Of a DNA stretch of 64,000 bases, positions 13,361 to 32,617 are shown piece by piece (positions within the stretch are counted from its first letter, which is position 1; every line of letters begins with the position of its first letter). The position numbers and the translations under genes were made by a program. The notes under the pieces are model-generated. The model saw only the letters and a program-made list of their open reading frames with translations, was not told the origin of the DNA and ran no database searches. Source of the stretch: the human T2T-CHM13v2.0 reference genome, Homo sapiens; assembly GCF_009914755.1 (NCBI RefSeq), contig NC_060930.1. One strand, 5' to 3'.

Positions 13361-15160
13361 TTAACAAATTTACAAAAATAAAAATTATATCAAATATATT
13401 CTCAGGCTGCAATGAACTAAAATTAGAAATAACAACAAGAGGAACTTTGGAAACTATACAAATCAGCAGAAATTAAACCACATGCTTCTGAATAACCATT
13501 GGATTAATGAAGAAATTAAGATGGAAATAAAAAATCTTATTAAAAGAAATGAAAATGGAAACATGAATGTATTAGTCCCTTCTCACATTGCTATAAGAAA
13601 ATAGCTGAGATTGGGTAATTTGTAAAGAAAAGAGGTTTAATTGGCTCATGGTCCTGCAGGCTGTACTGGAAGCATAATGCTGGCATCTGCTCAGTTTCTT
13701 GGGAGGTCTCAGGACATACACAATCAAGGTGGAAGGCAAAGGGGGGCGTTAGCACCTCACATAGCCAGAGCAAAAGGAAGAAAGAGAGAGGGAAGATGTA
13801 ACACACTTTTATATTCCATCCCTGGCTCCCTCCCAAATCTCATGTCCTTCTCACATTGCAGAATACAATCATTCCTTCTCACCAGTCTCCCAGTGTCTTA
13901 ACTAATTCTAGCATTAACTCAAAAGTCCGAAGTCCAAAGTCTCATCTGAGTAGTCCCTTCTGCCTATGAGCCTGCAAAATAAAAAATAAGTTAATTACTT
14001 CTAAGACACAATGGGAGTACAGGCATTTGGTAAATACTCCTATTTGAAAAGGGAGAAATTGGCCAAAGGAAAGGGCCTACAGGCCCATGTAAATCCCAAA
14101 CCCAGCAGTGCAATCATTACATCTTAAAGCTCCAAAATAATCTCTTTTAACTCCATGTCTGACACCCAGGGGATGCTGGTACAAGCTGAAGCTGAAGTGG
14201 CTGGGACACAAGCAGCAGCAGGGCCCTGGTCTCAGCTCAATAAATCATTCTTCTGAGGGAGGAGCCAAGATGGCCGAATAGGAACAGCTCCGGTCTACAG
14301 CTCCCAGCATGAGCGACGCAGAAGACGGGTGATTTCTGCATTTCCATCTGAGGTACCGGGTTCATCTCACTAGGGAGTGCCAGACAGTGGGCGCAGGTCA
14401 GTGGGTGCACGCACCGTGCGCGAACCGAAGCAGGGCGAGGCATTGCCTCACTTGGGAAGCGCAAGGGGTCAGGGAGTTCCCTTTCCGAGTCAAAGAAAGG
14501 GGAGACGGACGCACCTGGAAAATCGGGTCACTCCCACCCGAATACTGCGCTTTTCTGACAGGCTTAAAAAACGGCGCACTACGAGATTATATCCCGCACC
14601 TGGCTCAGAGGGTCCTACGCCCACGGAATCTCACTGATTGCTAGCACAGCAGTCTGAGATCAAACTGCAAGGTGGCAGCGAGGCTGGGGGAGGGGCGCCC
14701 GCCATTGCCCAGGCTCGCTTAGGTAAACAAAGCAGCCGGGAAGCTTGAAGTGGGTGGAGCCCACCACAGCTCAAGGAGGCCTGCCTGCCTCTGTAGGCTC
14801 CACCTCTGGGGGCAGGGCACAGACAAACAAAAAGACAGCAGTAACCTCTGCAGACTTAAATGTCCCTGTCTGACAGCTTTGAAGAGAGCAGTGGTTCTCC
14901 CAGCACGCAGCTGGAGATCTGAGAATGGGCAGACTGCCTCCTCAAGTGGGTCCCTGACCCCTGACCCCCGAGCAGCCTAACTGGGAGGCACCCCCCAGCA
15001 GGGGCACACTGACATCTCACACGGCAGCGTATTCCAACAGACCTGCAGCTGAGGGTCCTGTCTGTTAGAAGGAAAACTAACAAACAGAAAGGACATCCAC
15101 ACCAAAAACCCATCTGTACATCACCATCATCAAAGACCAAAAGTAGATAAAACCACAAAG

Positions 15161-16511
<1,351 letters not shown>

Positions 16512-16559
16512 AGACCATCGAGACTAGGAAGAAACTGCATCAACTAACGAACAAAATAA

Positions 16560-20401
<3,842 letters not shown>

Positions 20402-23400
20402 ACAATGAGATCACATGGACACAGGAAGGGGAATATCACACTCTGGGAACTGTTGTGGGTTGGGGGAGGGGGGAGGGATAGCATTGGGAGATATACCTAA
20501 TGCTAGATGACGAGTTAGTGGGTGCAGCGCACCAGCATGGCACAGGTATACAAATGTAACTAACCTGTACAATGTGCACATGTACCCTAAAACTTAAAGT
20601 ATAATAATAAAAAAAAAGAAACAATTACTAGTCTCTAAAAAAAAAAAAAAAAAAAGAAAGAAAGAAAGAAATCATTCTTCCCTCCTAGACCTCTGGGCCT
20701 GTGATGGGAGGGGCTGCCATGGAGGTCTCTGAAATTCCTTTGAAGTCTTCTCATTGTCTTGGCTATTAACATTCAACTTCTCTTTATTTAATGCAAATTT
20801 TTGCAGCCAGCTTCAATTCCTCCCCCAGAAATTTTTGTTTGTTTGTTTGTTTTTTGTTTTGTTTTTTCTAACACATGGCTGGGCTGCAAATTTTCCAAAC
20901 TTTTACACTCTCCTTCTGTTTTAAATATAAGTTCCAGTTTTACATCATTTCCTTGCTCACACATATGAGCTAGGCTATTAAAAGCAGCCAGGCAAATTCT
21001 TGACTGCTTTGCTGCTTAGAAATTTCTTCTGCCAGATACCCTAAATCATCACTCTCAAGTTCAAAGTTCCACAGATCCCTGGGCAGGGGCACAATGCCAC
21101 CAAGTTCTTTGCTAATGCATAGCAAAGATAACCTTTACTCCAGTTCCTAATAAGTTCCTCATCTCCATTTGAGACCTCTTCAGCCTGAACTCCATTGTCC
21201 ATATATATCACCATCATCATTTTGGTCACAACAATTTAACAAGTCTCTAGGAAGTTCCAAAGTTTCCTTCATCTTCCTGTCTTCTTTGGAGCCCTCCAAA
21301 CTGTTGCAACCACTGGCCATTACCCAGTTCCAGAGCTGCTTCCACATTTTCAGATATCTTTATAGCAATGCCCCACCTCTCTGGTACCAAGTTTCTGTAT
21401 TAGCCCATTCTTGCATTGAATAAAAAATACCTGAGACTTAGTAATTTATAAAGAAAAGAGGTTTAATTGGCTCATGGATCTCTTGGCTGTACAGGAAGCA
21501 TGATGCTGACATCTGCTTAGCAACTTGGGAGGCCTCAGGAAACTTATAATTATGGCAGAAGGCAAAGAGGGAGCTGGCACCTTACATGGCCAGATTAGGA
21601 GGAAGAAAGAGGGAGGGGATATGCTACACACTTTTAAACAACCAGATCTTATGAGAACTGTATCATAAGAACAGCACTAGGGGGATGGTGCTAAGCCATT
21701 CATAAGAAACTGCTCCCATGATCCAATCACCTCCTACCAGGCTCCATCTCCAACATTAGGGATTATAATTTGATATGAGATTTGGGCAAAGACACAGATC
21801 CAAACCATATCAATAACATACCAAAGCCAGTGGGATACAGCAAAAGCAGTACTAAGAAGGAAGTATATAGCAATGAACGTCTACAACGAAAAAGAAGAAA
21901 GATTTCAAATAACCTAAGAATGTATCTTAAGGAACTAGAAAAGCAAAAAAACATAAAACCCAAAATTAGTAGAAGGAAAGAAATAATAAAGTTCTAGCAG
22001 AGCTAAATGAAATAGAGACTAAAAAAAACAAAGGATCAATAAAATGAAAAGTTGATTCTTCAAAAAGATAAAAAAAATTTATAAATCATTAGCTAGATTA
22101 ACTGAAAAAAGAAGAGAGAAGACCCAAATAAACAAAATCAGAGATGAAAAAGGAGACATTACAACTGATACCACAGAAATACAAAAGATTATCAGAGACT
22201 ATTAGGAACAATTATATGCTAATAAATGGAAAAACCTAGAGGAAATGTGAAAATTCCTGGAAACATACAGTCTACCAAGATTAAATAAGGAAGAAATAGA
22301 AAACCTGAGCAGACCAATAACAAATAGCAAGATTAAATCAGTAATAAAAAGCCCCCAATAAATAATAGCTCAGGACCAGATGGATTGCTGCTGAATTCTA
22401 CCAAATATATAAAGAAGAAATAATAGTAATCTTCCTCAAACTACTCCAAAAAATTCAAGAGGATGGAATTCTCTCTAACTCATTCTATGAGGCCAGCATT
22501 ACCCTAATGCCAAAACCAGATAAGGACACAATGAAAAAAGAAAACCATAGACCAATATCTCTGATGAACATACATGCAAAAATCCTCAAAAAATACTAGT
22601 GAACAGAATTCAACAGTGCGTCACAAAGATAATACACCATGATTAAGTGTAATATCAACCATGCAAGGATAGTTTAACATATACAAATCAATAAATGTAA
22701 TACATCACATCAACAGGATGAAGGACAAAAACTATGTGATCATCTCAATAGATGTAGAAAAAGTATTTGATAAAATACAACACCTTTCATGATAAAAACT
22801 CTCAACAAACTAGGCACAGATGGAACATACTTCAAATTAATAAAGGCCATATATGACAAACCCATAGTTAACATCATACCAACTGGGGAAAGTGGAAAGC
22901 CTTTTCTCTAAGAAGTGGAGCAAGACAAGGATGCCCACTTTCACCACTCTTATTCAACATAGTATTGGAAGTCCTGGCCAAAGCAATCAGGCAAGAGAAA
23001 GAAACAAATGGCATACACATTGAAATAGAGGAAGTCAAATTGTCCCTCTTTGCAGTTGATATTATCTTATATTTAGAAATACCAAAAGACTCCACAAAAA
23101 TCCTCTTAGAGCTTATAAACAAATTCAGTAAAGTTGCAGGATACAATATCAATAGGATTTTTGTACACCGGTAGTGAAACAGGTGAAAAAGAAATCAAGA
23201 AAGCAATCCCATTTACAATAGCTACAAAAAATACATAGGAATAAATTTAACCAAGGAGGTGAAAGATCTCTACAAGCAAAACTATGGAACACTGATGAAA
23301 GTAATTGAAGAGAACACAAATAAATGGAGAGACATCTCATGCTCAAGGATCAGAAAAAATAATAGTGTTAAAATGACCATAATACCCAAACCAACATATG

Positions 23401-26400
23401 GAGTCAATGCAATCCCTATTAAATGTCAACATCATTTTTCACAGATATTTAAAAAAATCCTAAAATTCATATGGAGCAACAACAAAAAAGCCAGAATAGC
23501 CACAGCACTCCTGAGCAAACTGGAGGCATCAAACTACCTGACAAAATTATATCACAAGGTTATAGTAACCAAAACAGCATGGTATAAAAATAGATACATA
23601 GATCATGGGAAACAGAATAGACAACTAAAAAGTAAATCCACATATTTATTGCCAACAGATTTTTGACAAAGGAGCCAAGAACCTATTCAGGGGAAAGGAC
23701 TTCAATAAATCGTACAGGGAAAATTGGATATCCATATGCAGAAGAATGAAACTGGACTCCTTTCCCTCACTGTATACAAAAATCAACTCTAGGTGGATAA
23801 GAACTTAAACATAAGATCCCAAATTACAAAACTATTAGAGGAAAACATAGGGAAAACACTTAAGGACATCAGTCTAGGCAAAGATTTTGCGGGTAAGACC
23901 TCAAAAGCACAGACAACTAAAAGAAAAATAGACAAATGGTAGTATATTAAAATAAAAATCTCTATATAGGAAAGGAAACCATCAAGAATGAAGAGACAAC
24001 CACTTACTGGGAGAAGATATTTGCAGACTATTCATCCAACAACAGACTAATATCCAGAATATGCATGAAATTGAACAACTCAACAATAAAAAAGCAAAAT
24101 CTCATTAACAAGTGGTCAAAGAACATGAACAGATGATTCTCAAAAGAAGATATAAATAGCCAACTGGTATATAAAAAATGCTCAGCATCACTAATCATCA
24201 AAGAAATGCAAATTGAAACCACAATGAGATATTATCTTACCCCAGTTAGAATAGCTATTACTAAAAAGACAAAAACAAAACAAAAACAAAAACAAAAACA
24301 GATGCTGGCAAGGAGATGCAGAAGAGGGAACTCATCTACACTATTGGAGAAAATGTAAATTAGTACAACCCCTATGGGAAAGAGTATGGATATTTCTCAA
24401 AAATCTAAAAATGATAAATGTAGTCCAGTAATCCTACTATTGGGTATCTATTCAAAGAAAAGGAAATCAGTATACTAAAGGGATACCTGCACTCACATGC
24501 TTACCATAACACTATTTGCAATAGGAAAGATATAGAATCAACTTGTGTCCATCAATAGAAGAATAGATAAAGAAAATGTGATATATATACACAACAGAAT
24601 AGTACTCAGCCATAAAAAAAGAATAAAATCATATCATTTGCAGCAACATGGATGAAACTGGAGGCCATTATGTTAAGTGAAACAACTCAGGCACAGAAAG
24701 ACGAATATCATATGTTCTCACTCATATGTGGGAGCTAAAATCATTGATATCATAAAGGTAGAGAGCTGACATTATAAAAGTACTAGAGGATGGGAAGGTG
24801 GGTGGGTAGGAGAGGGAATAAAGAGAGGTAGGTTAGTGGGTATAAACATATAGTTAGATAAAAGATAGAAGTTCAATCGTTTGACAGCACAGTTACTCTA
24901 GTTAGCAACAATGTATTGGATATTTCAATGTAGCTAGAAGAGAGGACTTGAATTGTTCCCAATATATAGAAGTGACAATAATCAAAGTGGTGGACACCTC
25001 AAAAAGCCTGACTTGATCATTACACATTCTAAGCATATAACAAAATACCACATGTACCTCATAAATATGTAAACTAATACGTATCAATTAAAAAAAGAGA
25101 AACATAGAAGAGAAAAAGGTAAACGAATAGGTTGTCTGACATTAAATTGTATAATATTTTCGGAGTCCAGCACATGTAAGCTCCATTAGAGTTGGAACCT
25201 CCTTGGTGTATTCATGTTGGTGTGCCAGTGCCTATAATAGGGTACAGGTAAGGTAGGCAATTAATAAGTAGTTGTGCAATGTTGAGTGAGTACCATTTCT
25301 CTTGATGAGTGACAAAAAGGTAAGAGATTTTCAACGGAGTGATTTTTTAAAATAGGAAATTTCCTTATTTGGTCAAATAACTATTTAGTGTTTTCCATCC
25401 TTAATTGTTGGCCTGCAATTGTGGGCCTCAACTCTGCAGTCATTCTTTGTGTGCCAACATAGTGCTCTGAAAATCTTCATTAATTATTAACTTTTTTTTT
25501 TACCATTCTCTGGTATTCCTGTTAATCAATGATTATGATGACAATAGCTAAAAGTGCCCAACTTTTAGGGAGAATGCCAAGAAATCTTAGTGTGACAGGG
25601 AATCACATTTTATCTAAAAGTATTCTTAGAGGCCTTGGGAAATACTTCGTTGATAAAGAAAGAAAGGTAAGAGAAAAAACAAGATTAAACTTAGACATAG
25701 AAACATAAAAATAGAATGAGAATTTTAGAGTTGGAAGGAAGCATGAAGAGCACATTCCATAGCAACAGCAGCTGATGCTGCCTGTGTCCTTAGAGGTTAT
25801 CCAGGCCTTTGTTTTACAGATGAGAAAATATACACAACAGTGAAATTGGAACTCAGAGTTTAAGTGATCTACCTAAGTTTACAAAATTAGCTTGTCCCAA
25901 AACTGAAATGAGAATTAGAATATCCTGTTCTCCTTAAGGAAAATCCATTTGCAACACCTTCCACCCAGCTTTACTTTTCCACATTATACTGTGCCAGTGA
26001 AATGTCTTTCTCATAGGTAAGCTCTCACGACACAAAGTGTTCATCCAGCAGGAAGGAGCACTTTGAGTTGAGGAGGGTCTTAATTTATCAGGAAAGAGTT
26101 AGACTATTTCTGGAATGAAATGAATGCAGTGTTGAAAAAAAAATGTTAGTAAGAAAAAATTCAACTATAGTCTATTTTAAACAAAGCATTAAATAATAGA
26201 TCTGTGTTTAAAACAAAATACATGTGTGTGATAGAAATACATGTGGGTTATGTATGCTTGTAGTGAAAAATAGGCCACAATGTCTTTTCAAGTGACTTCA
26301 GGCATTGTTTTTTAAAGGCAAAATCTAAATTAATATATTAATGAAAAGCATGCATATCCTCTGCACTTGGAGGTTGTTTCATTATACATAGAGGGCTGTT

Positions 26401-26566
26401 ATAGCTCTCTTTTAAAGAAGGATTGCAAGATTAACCATATGCAACTTAAAAATACTTATGAGTTTATTTTTTTAAATGATTTAGATATTAATACAAGTTA
26501 ACAGTTTATATGTCCTAGTCTCATGACAATCTTGAAATCTAAACGTGTTTTTTGAGACTTACTCAC

Positions 26567-26760
26567 CCAACACACTCCTGGATTTGTGGTCGTCTGGGAG
26601 AGTCTTCTGAGGACAACATTTTTTCATGAATAGCAAACAAACCTCCAATTATGATATGTCCCGGAGAAGTGGCAGCCACAAAGTCATCAGGGGTCTGGCA
26701 AGGCTGTGAAGTAGCAAGAATAATCACAAAGCAGGTAATTAGTATAATTAAGAATGCCAT
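26567..26760 (-). CDS. GPRC6A: GPRC6A coding exon 1 (aa 1-65; signal peptide and start of Venus-flytrap domain)
   Basis: Translates MAFLIILITCFVIILATSQPC...GHIIIGGLFAIHE...QECVG, with the class C GPCR 'IIGGLFxIH' motif. 194 nt, phase 2, ending at donor GG|GTGAGT. Confidence 0.98.
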
Positions 26761-26819
26761 GTTTCTATCTCATTTGCTCAGTTCATGTGAGTTCTTAGGA
26801 ATCATTAAGTGCACGGAGT

Positions 26820-26890
26820 GCCAGCAAGATTCCTATTTCACCTGTAAACACCTTATAAGGTATAGGACAGTGTCAAAGGCCAGAAACACT
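26820..26890 (-). promoter_or_regulatory. Putative GPRC6A core promoter (TATA-like, forkhead and DR1-like motifs)
   Basis: TATA-like TTATAAGG within the 12-bp palindrome ACCTTATAAGGT (26850-26861), ~95 nt upstream of the ATG. Forkhead TGTTTAC at 26844-26850 and DR1/HNF4-like GTGTCAAAGGCCA at 26870-26882. Motif inference only. Confidence 0.5.
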
Positions 26891-27726
26891 CAGTATTCAG
26901 ATACTTGATGATAGTCAAAACAGTTATTTCACCAATAAGAACACAGGCTTTTTAACACTCCAGTGTTAGAGATAATGTGATAGCAGTCATGTGATGTAAA
27001 AGCTGATAGAATTATAAACACAAGTTTCACTGTAATGGTACTTTTTTACTCTAGTGATATGTCAAGGGCCCTGAGTCACGTTGGCATTTCTTTTGAAGCA
27101 GAATGTAGAACTTTCAAGAAGAAGCAGTTTGGAAAAGTTTTTCCACTTTAGAAATAGACAGTTCTGCATTTTAAAAAGGTATCACATTCAAGGCACAAAT
27201 AATTCAATATAGTTTATCAGGTATTTAGAAAAAACCATCCTGCTTTTATTTTTCCTGAAAAGTTCTGTTTAAAAAATGAAATTCAGTTAAATTTAGGTAT
27301 TTGTCACTTCCACTTTCCCTGTGTTAGAAATATGTAGCTTTTGTGAAGATGGGTAAAACTAAAAACAAGATGAAACTTGTCCGATACAGTATTTTGCTTT
27401 GAACAAGAAAGGTCTGTTCATAGATCATTGACATTTCCACTATTGTGGGTGCTATATTTTAATAAATTTGGGACTGATTTCAGGCTACATATTCTTAAGT
27501 ACTTAGGATTCTCTGAACTAACATAATTTGTTGGGTGTCTTTTGGAATTTAACAGAGGATAGAGAAACCTCAATAATGTAGTCACCATTAAGAAAAAGTT
27601 TAAAGTTTTAAAATGTATTTAATAAAATCAGTCTTTTAAAAATGTTTTATTAAAAATGAATATCTCATGGGCAAGCAGTTTCAAATCCAATACATACAGT
27701 TTGTTTGATGGGTAGCAGATACATTT

Positions 27727-27780
27727 TTTTTTTTTTTTTGAGATAGAGTCTCATTCTGTTGCCCAGGCTGGAGTGCAGTG
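27727..27780 (-). mobile_element. Severely 5'-truncated Alu (~40 bp plus poly-A)
   Basis: T-tract followed by gagatagagtctcattctgttgcccaggctggagtgcagtg. TSD gcagatacattt at 27715-27726 and 27781-27792. Confidence 0.9.
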
Positions 27781-28819
27781 GCAGATACATTTAAAGAAAT
27801 TTCAAAAAATAAAAGAGTACAATGGCCACTGTGGCATTTTTTCATTATCCAAATTAGCATTAGATTCCATAGTCCTATGGGGTTATGACAACTGAGGAGT
27901 GGAGAAGTCACAGCTCATCATGCAGCTTCAAATGTTTTATTAAGTCTTACCATTTTTACTAATGGCAGAATTTTCTATTAGAATGAAAACCGGTTAACTT
28001 CAGTTGCCCAGAAAGTTTAACAAACATACATGAGTCTGAAGACTCTTGAGATGTTTAGCAATTACATTTTACTCATCTTAATCTTATTATTTATTGGTAT
28101 ATATGTGTGTGTATGGTATCGGATGGATTTATATTTTCATGAATTTAGTTATTTTGCTCAGATAACCTCAAAGGTCTTATGTAATTACAAGTTCAAAAAT
28201 GATTTTGGGAAAACTAAACTAAAAAATGGGAAATCCAGATAATTCCCAGCAAAATTATAGTAAGTATTAAGCAACTCAGAGTGATTCTGAAGATACATTG
28301 TTCAGATGACATTTATTTGAAAAATCAATGACAAAAGGTATGCCAATAATGTCTTTTAGGTTGCAATTTTAACAATATTTAGGGTCTTTGTAATCTGATG
28401 AAATGTAAACATAAGGCACTTTTTAAATTTTAATAAATATAATCTAAGTTTGAAGAACTATGTCTTTAAAGGAGCCTCTGAAGGTAGGAAAACAAAACAT
28501 CTAAAAAGACTTTTGTGCTGTAAAATGAAGTATCATGTGGCAGAAAGGGCCCAAACTTTGGAATCGGATAGACCTGGGTTGCTCTGCCCACTACTTAGCT
28601 ATGTGACACTGAATGAGTTACTTAACTTCTCTGAAAAATAATTTTCTCATCTATAAAAGAGTTAAGATACTCTATCTAATGAATATGTTGTGAGATAAGC
28701 TGGTTTGATTTGCAAAGCTTCTGTATTCTGGTACGCACTGAATAATTAGTTCCTTTCCCTTCTTTCCCTTCCCAAAACTAAACTGAAAGTTATCATTTCC
28801 TAAATTTGTAGTGGTTTCT

Positions 28820-29137
<318 letters not shown>

Positions 29138-32100
29138 TAGTGCTTTCTACAGCTGGCTAAATCATTGTTCAAAGATTTTTCTCAAGCATTAAATGCATGG
29201 TAGAAATGACTTTTATAATAGTACTACTAGCTGGTTGTTGTCATGTTGGAATGCAAATCCGTCGTTAAGTTAAACTTGAAGGAAGATATAGAATACGTTA
29301 ATTACTTTAGAATTCCACTGGAAACATTATTGTCACTCTTGTAGTTTCTATTATTAGGGATAGAACTTTTAGCCATAATTTAGAATGTACAGTTGCTACA
29401 TTTTTTTCTATTTAAAAAATCCTTATAAATGACAACAATAACTACTTCTATTCCAAAAGATTATGATTTTTATCTTAAGTAACTATTTCTGAAGGGTAAA
29501 ACCTCTTAAAAATTTTTGAGATATGAATTACTGACAGTACTAGTTTATTGCTCCTTTTGATCTCAAGATTCTATTTTTTTTTTTTAACTAGCCTTACGTG
29601 GAGGGGCATCTGGTTAAAATAACTTAGAGGGAAGTAAGAAAGTATCACTCCCCAAGTAATTCTCATAAAGATACCATTATCCTGGTTAGACAAGCATAGT
29701 AGGAAAATACAATCAATGATTAAAGATACTTTATTCTAAAATGGTGAGTTTGTAGCACTGAAGATGGGATGGCTTCCCCAGTGATGAAAGGCTGCAGTGA
29801 AGATGGGATCAGGCTGGAAATGATACTCCGGGAGCAGGGGCAGGGAATACCACATTCGCACTCAAGAAAGCCCTCAAGAGAGTGAGGTTTGACACATGTC
29901 TTATTTTATTTTAACATTTTATTTTTCCCTCCTGTTATTCCAGCTTCCCACTCACCCTCCTCAATTGCACACCCATCTTTCATACTTCATTGAGTTTCAT
30001 CTTAACAATGACACTACAAAATTATTTTCAGTGCTATTTGCATCTGCAATAAGATATTTAAAAGAGAAATGTCTTCAAGATTAAAGGAATAAATATAAAA
30101 CAATGGAATTTCAGTTGTCTGCAAGAGGGGTCAAGGGAGGTAGAGTGTGGCAGGGGCTCATGGAGGATCCTTGGTCCACACTAGGCAGGCACCTGACTAT
30201 GCCGTTGCACATGGAGTCAGCCTGATGGAACAGGTCAGAGAGTGTCCTCTGGAAGGAAAGAAGCCAATACCAATGTTATAAGGGTAGATGCCAATATCTA
30301 CAGCCTAGGGGGGAAATAAACAGAACTTAAGAATCACTTCTGACCCATCATTCCATATTGTCAAACTACTTCAGTTTCCTTTTGTTTTTCAGGGCAGCAT
30401 GAACAAAAATATATTTAGCTAAAACAAGCAGGTATTCAAAACACAATTATCCAATTCCGTTTTATTTCATCAACATTAAATTTGAATGAATTTTTTTTTC
30501 TGCTTGTGGTGTGCCTCTCTTTCTCAATAATTCCTTATCAAGAAGTCACAACAGGAGAGATTTTACCCTTAAAAACAACCATAAGCACTGAGCCGTGAAT
30601 CCCACGATTAGGCACGTTCAACTGGCATCTCTTGTGCTGCTAGCTTACCAGCTTATTTAATCCTTCCATTATTTTCTAATTTTTCACGTGCTTACTATTA
30701 CCTCTTCAACTAGATTGAAGCTTTTTAAAGATTCAGATACATGTTTTACACTTCTTTGTGTATCTCACAGTTCAAATGGCAGGCTTTTTTATGAGGACAA
30801 CTTCAGTTGTCCAGAAAGTTTAACAAACATATATGAGTTTGAAGACTCTTTAAATGTCTGCAATTACATGTTACTTATTATAATGTTATTATTTACTTGT
30901 ATATGTATGCATTTAATTACATTACAAATATATTGCTCAGTTTGTTCATCTTAACAAATCACCAATGAGCTCATAGTAGATAGATGAGCCCCAGAAAAAT
31001 GAATCCAAGCTATAGTTCTCACTAGATATGATCAGCAGCTTTTACAGTCTGTTGCTATTATCATTTACCCAAGAAAATAAAAATATCAATTCATATTGCT
31101 TAATAAGTATTGAATGCTAGAGGGATATCACTGCACCTTAAATAAAGAGTTCAATAAAACCTCTTCTAGAGGTAAAATTACAAGCAAAAGCCTAAATCCC
31201 CACGGGGACCGCTGGATGCATAGCTAAGAAAGCTATTTCATTTAGCTGAATTTCAAATATGCAAAAAAGAGAAAGATTGGTCCTTAACAAGGTCATAAAA
31301 TAACCAAGTCAGATTTTGGTCCTCTTGTATCCTTTCCCTCACCAGGTTCCCTGTTTCCCCGTACTTGCCCAGCTGGCTTATTATTCCATCACTGTACTAT
31401 TTAATATTGAACTATCATTGATCTCTGCAACACTCTACTTCATCCTGCTCCATTTTCTTCTCCTGCTGTACCCTGGTCTGTAATTGAAATCCCCCCTAGC
31501 ATTTCTTACTTAATATGTAGTTTTAACATTAAGTAATTAATTTTCTTTAATGGGCAACATACAGCATTTTATCTTACTTAGGGTACCCTAGGAGGTCTAT
31601 GGATGGACTTCATGAGAGTCTGTGAATCTTTTGAAATTGTATAAAAGTTTTGAGTGAACATGCGTATATAGATTTTTCTGGGGAGAACATTCAGTTATTC
31701 ATCAGATTATCAAAGGGTCATTTAGTCCCAGAAATGTGAAGAATCACTGTCTGTTTTATGAGAACACTGTTAAATCTATTAGAACAGATTTGAGCTCTGC
31801 TTCCCAGGAAACACAGGAATGTTTTCTGAAATAATGATCCTGCCTTTGTTGTTACCTGTTTGTAACCCAGATAATCCTCATTAATCTCCCACCAACAACT
31901 TCATGTGCCTGATACACATCACCATTTAATACCATCAGTGAAAAGATTGTTAACAATGTATTATTGCCCACAAATCACTTGTCATCCATCCAATTGTAGA
32001 ACTCAGCTAGATCACTACCCTAAGGCCAGATCTGCTTACCTTACCACAAAATAGTGAAGATGGCAATTTTCTGGTGAAGTTAAGCAGTAGTAATAATCTA

Positions 32101-32159
32101 TAAGGTTTTAATAGTACAGAAGAGGCCAAGTGTTCACTTTTCAAAGCTATTTTCTATTT

Positions 32160-32617
32160 TTAAAAATTTAATTTAATTTTAAATTCCAGGATACGTGTGC
32201 AGGACATGCAGGTTTGTTACATAGGTAAACATGTGCCATGGTGGTTTGCTGCACCTATCAACCCATCACCTAGGTATTAAGCCCAGCATGCATTAACTAT
32301 TTATCCTGATGCTCTCCCCTCCCCCGATATGCCCTATAGGCCCTAGTGTGTGTAGTTCCCGTCTCTGTGCCCATGTGTTCTCATTGTTTAGCTCCCACTT
32401 ATAAGTGAGAACATGCAGTGTTTGGTTTCCTGTTCCTGTGTTAGCTTGCTGAGGATAATGGCTTCCAGCTCCATCCATGCCTCTGCAAATAACATTACCT
32501 TGTTCCTTTTTACGGCTGCATAGTATTCCATATGTACCACATTTTCTTTATGCAGTCTATCATTGATGGGCATTTGGTTGATTCCATGTCTTTGCTATTG
32601 TGAATAGTGCTGCAACA
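32160..32617 (-). mobile_element. L1PA 3' fragment (approx. L1PA8-10)
   Basis: Reverse-strand ORF2 end (KLTQEQETKHCMFSLISGS) and 3'UTR. Confidence 0.88.
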
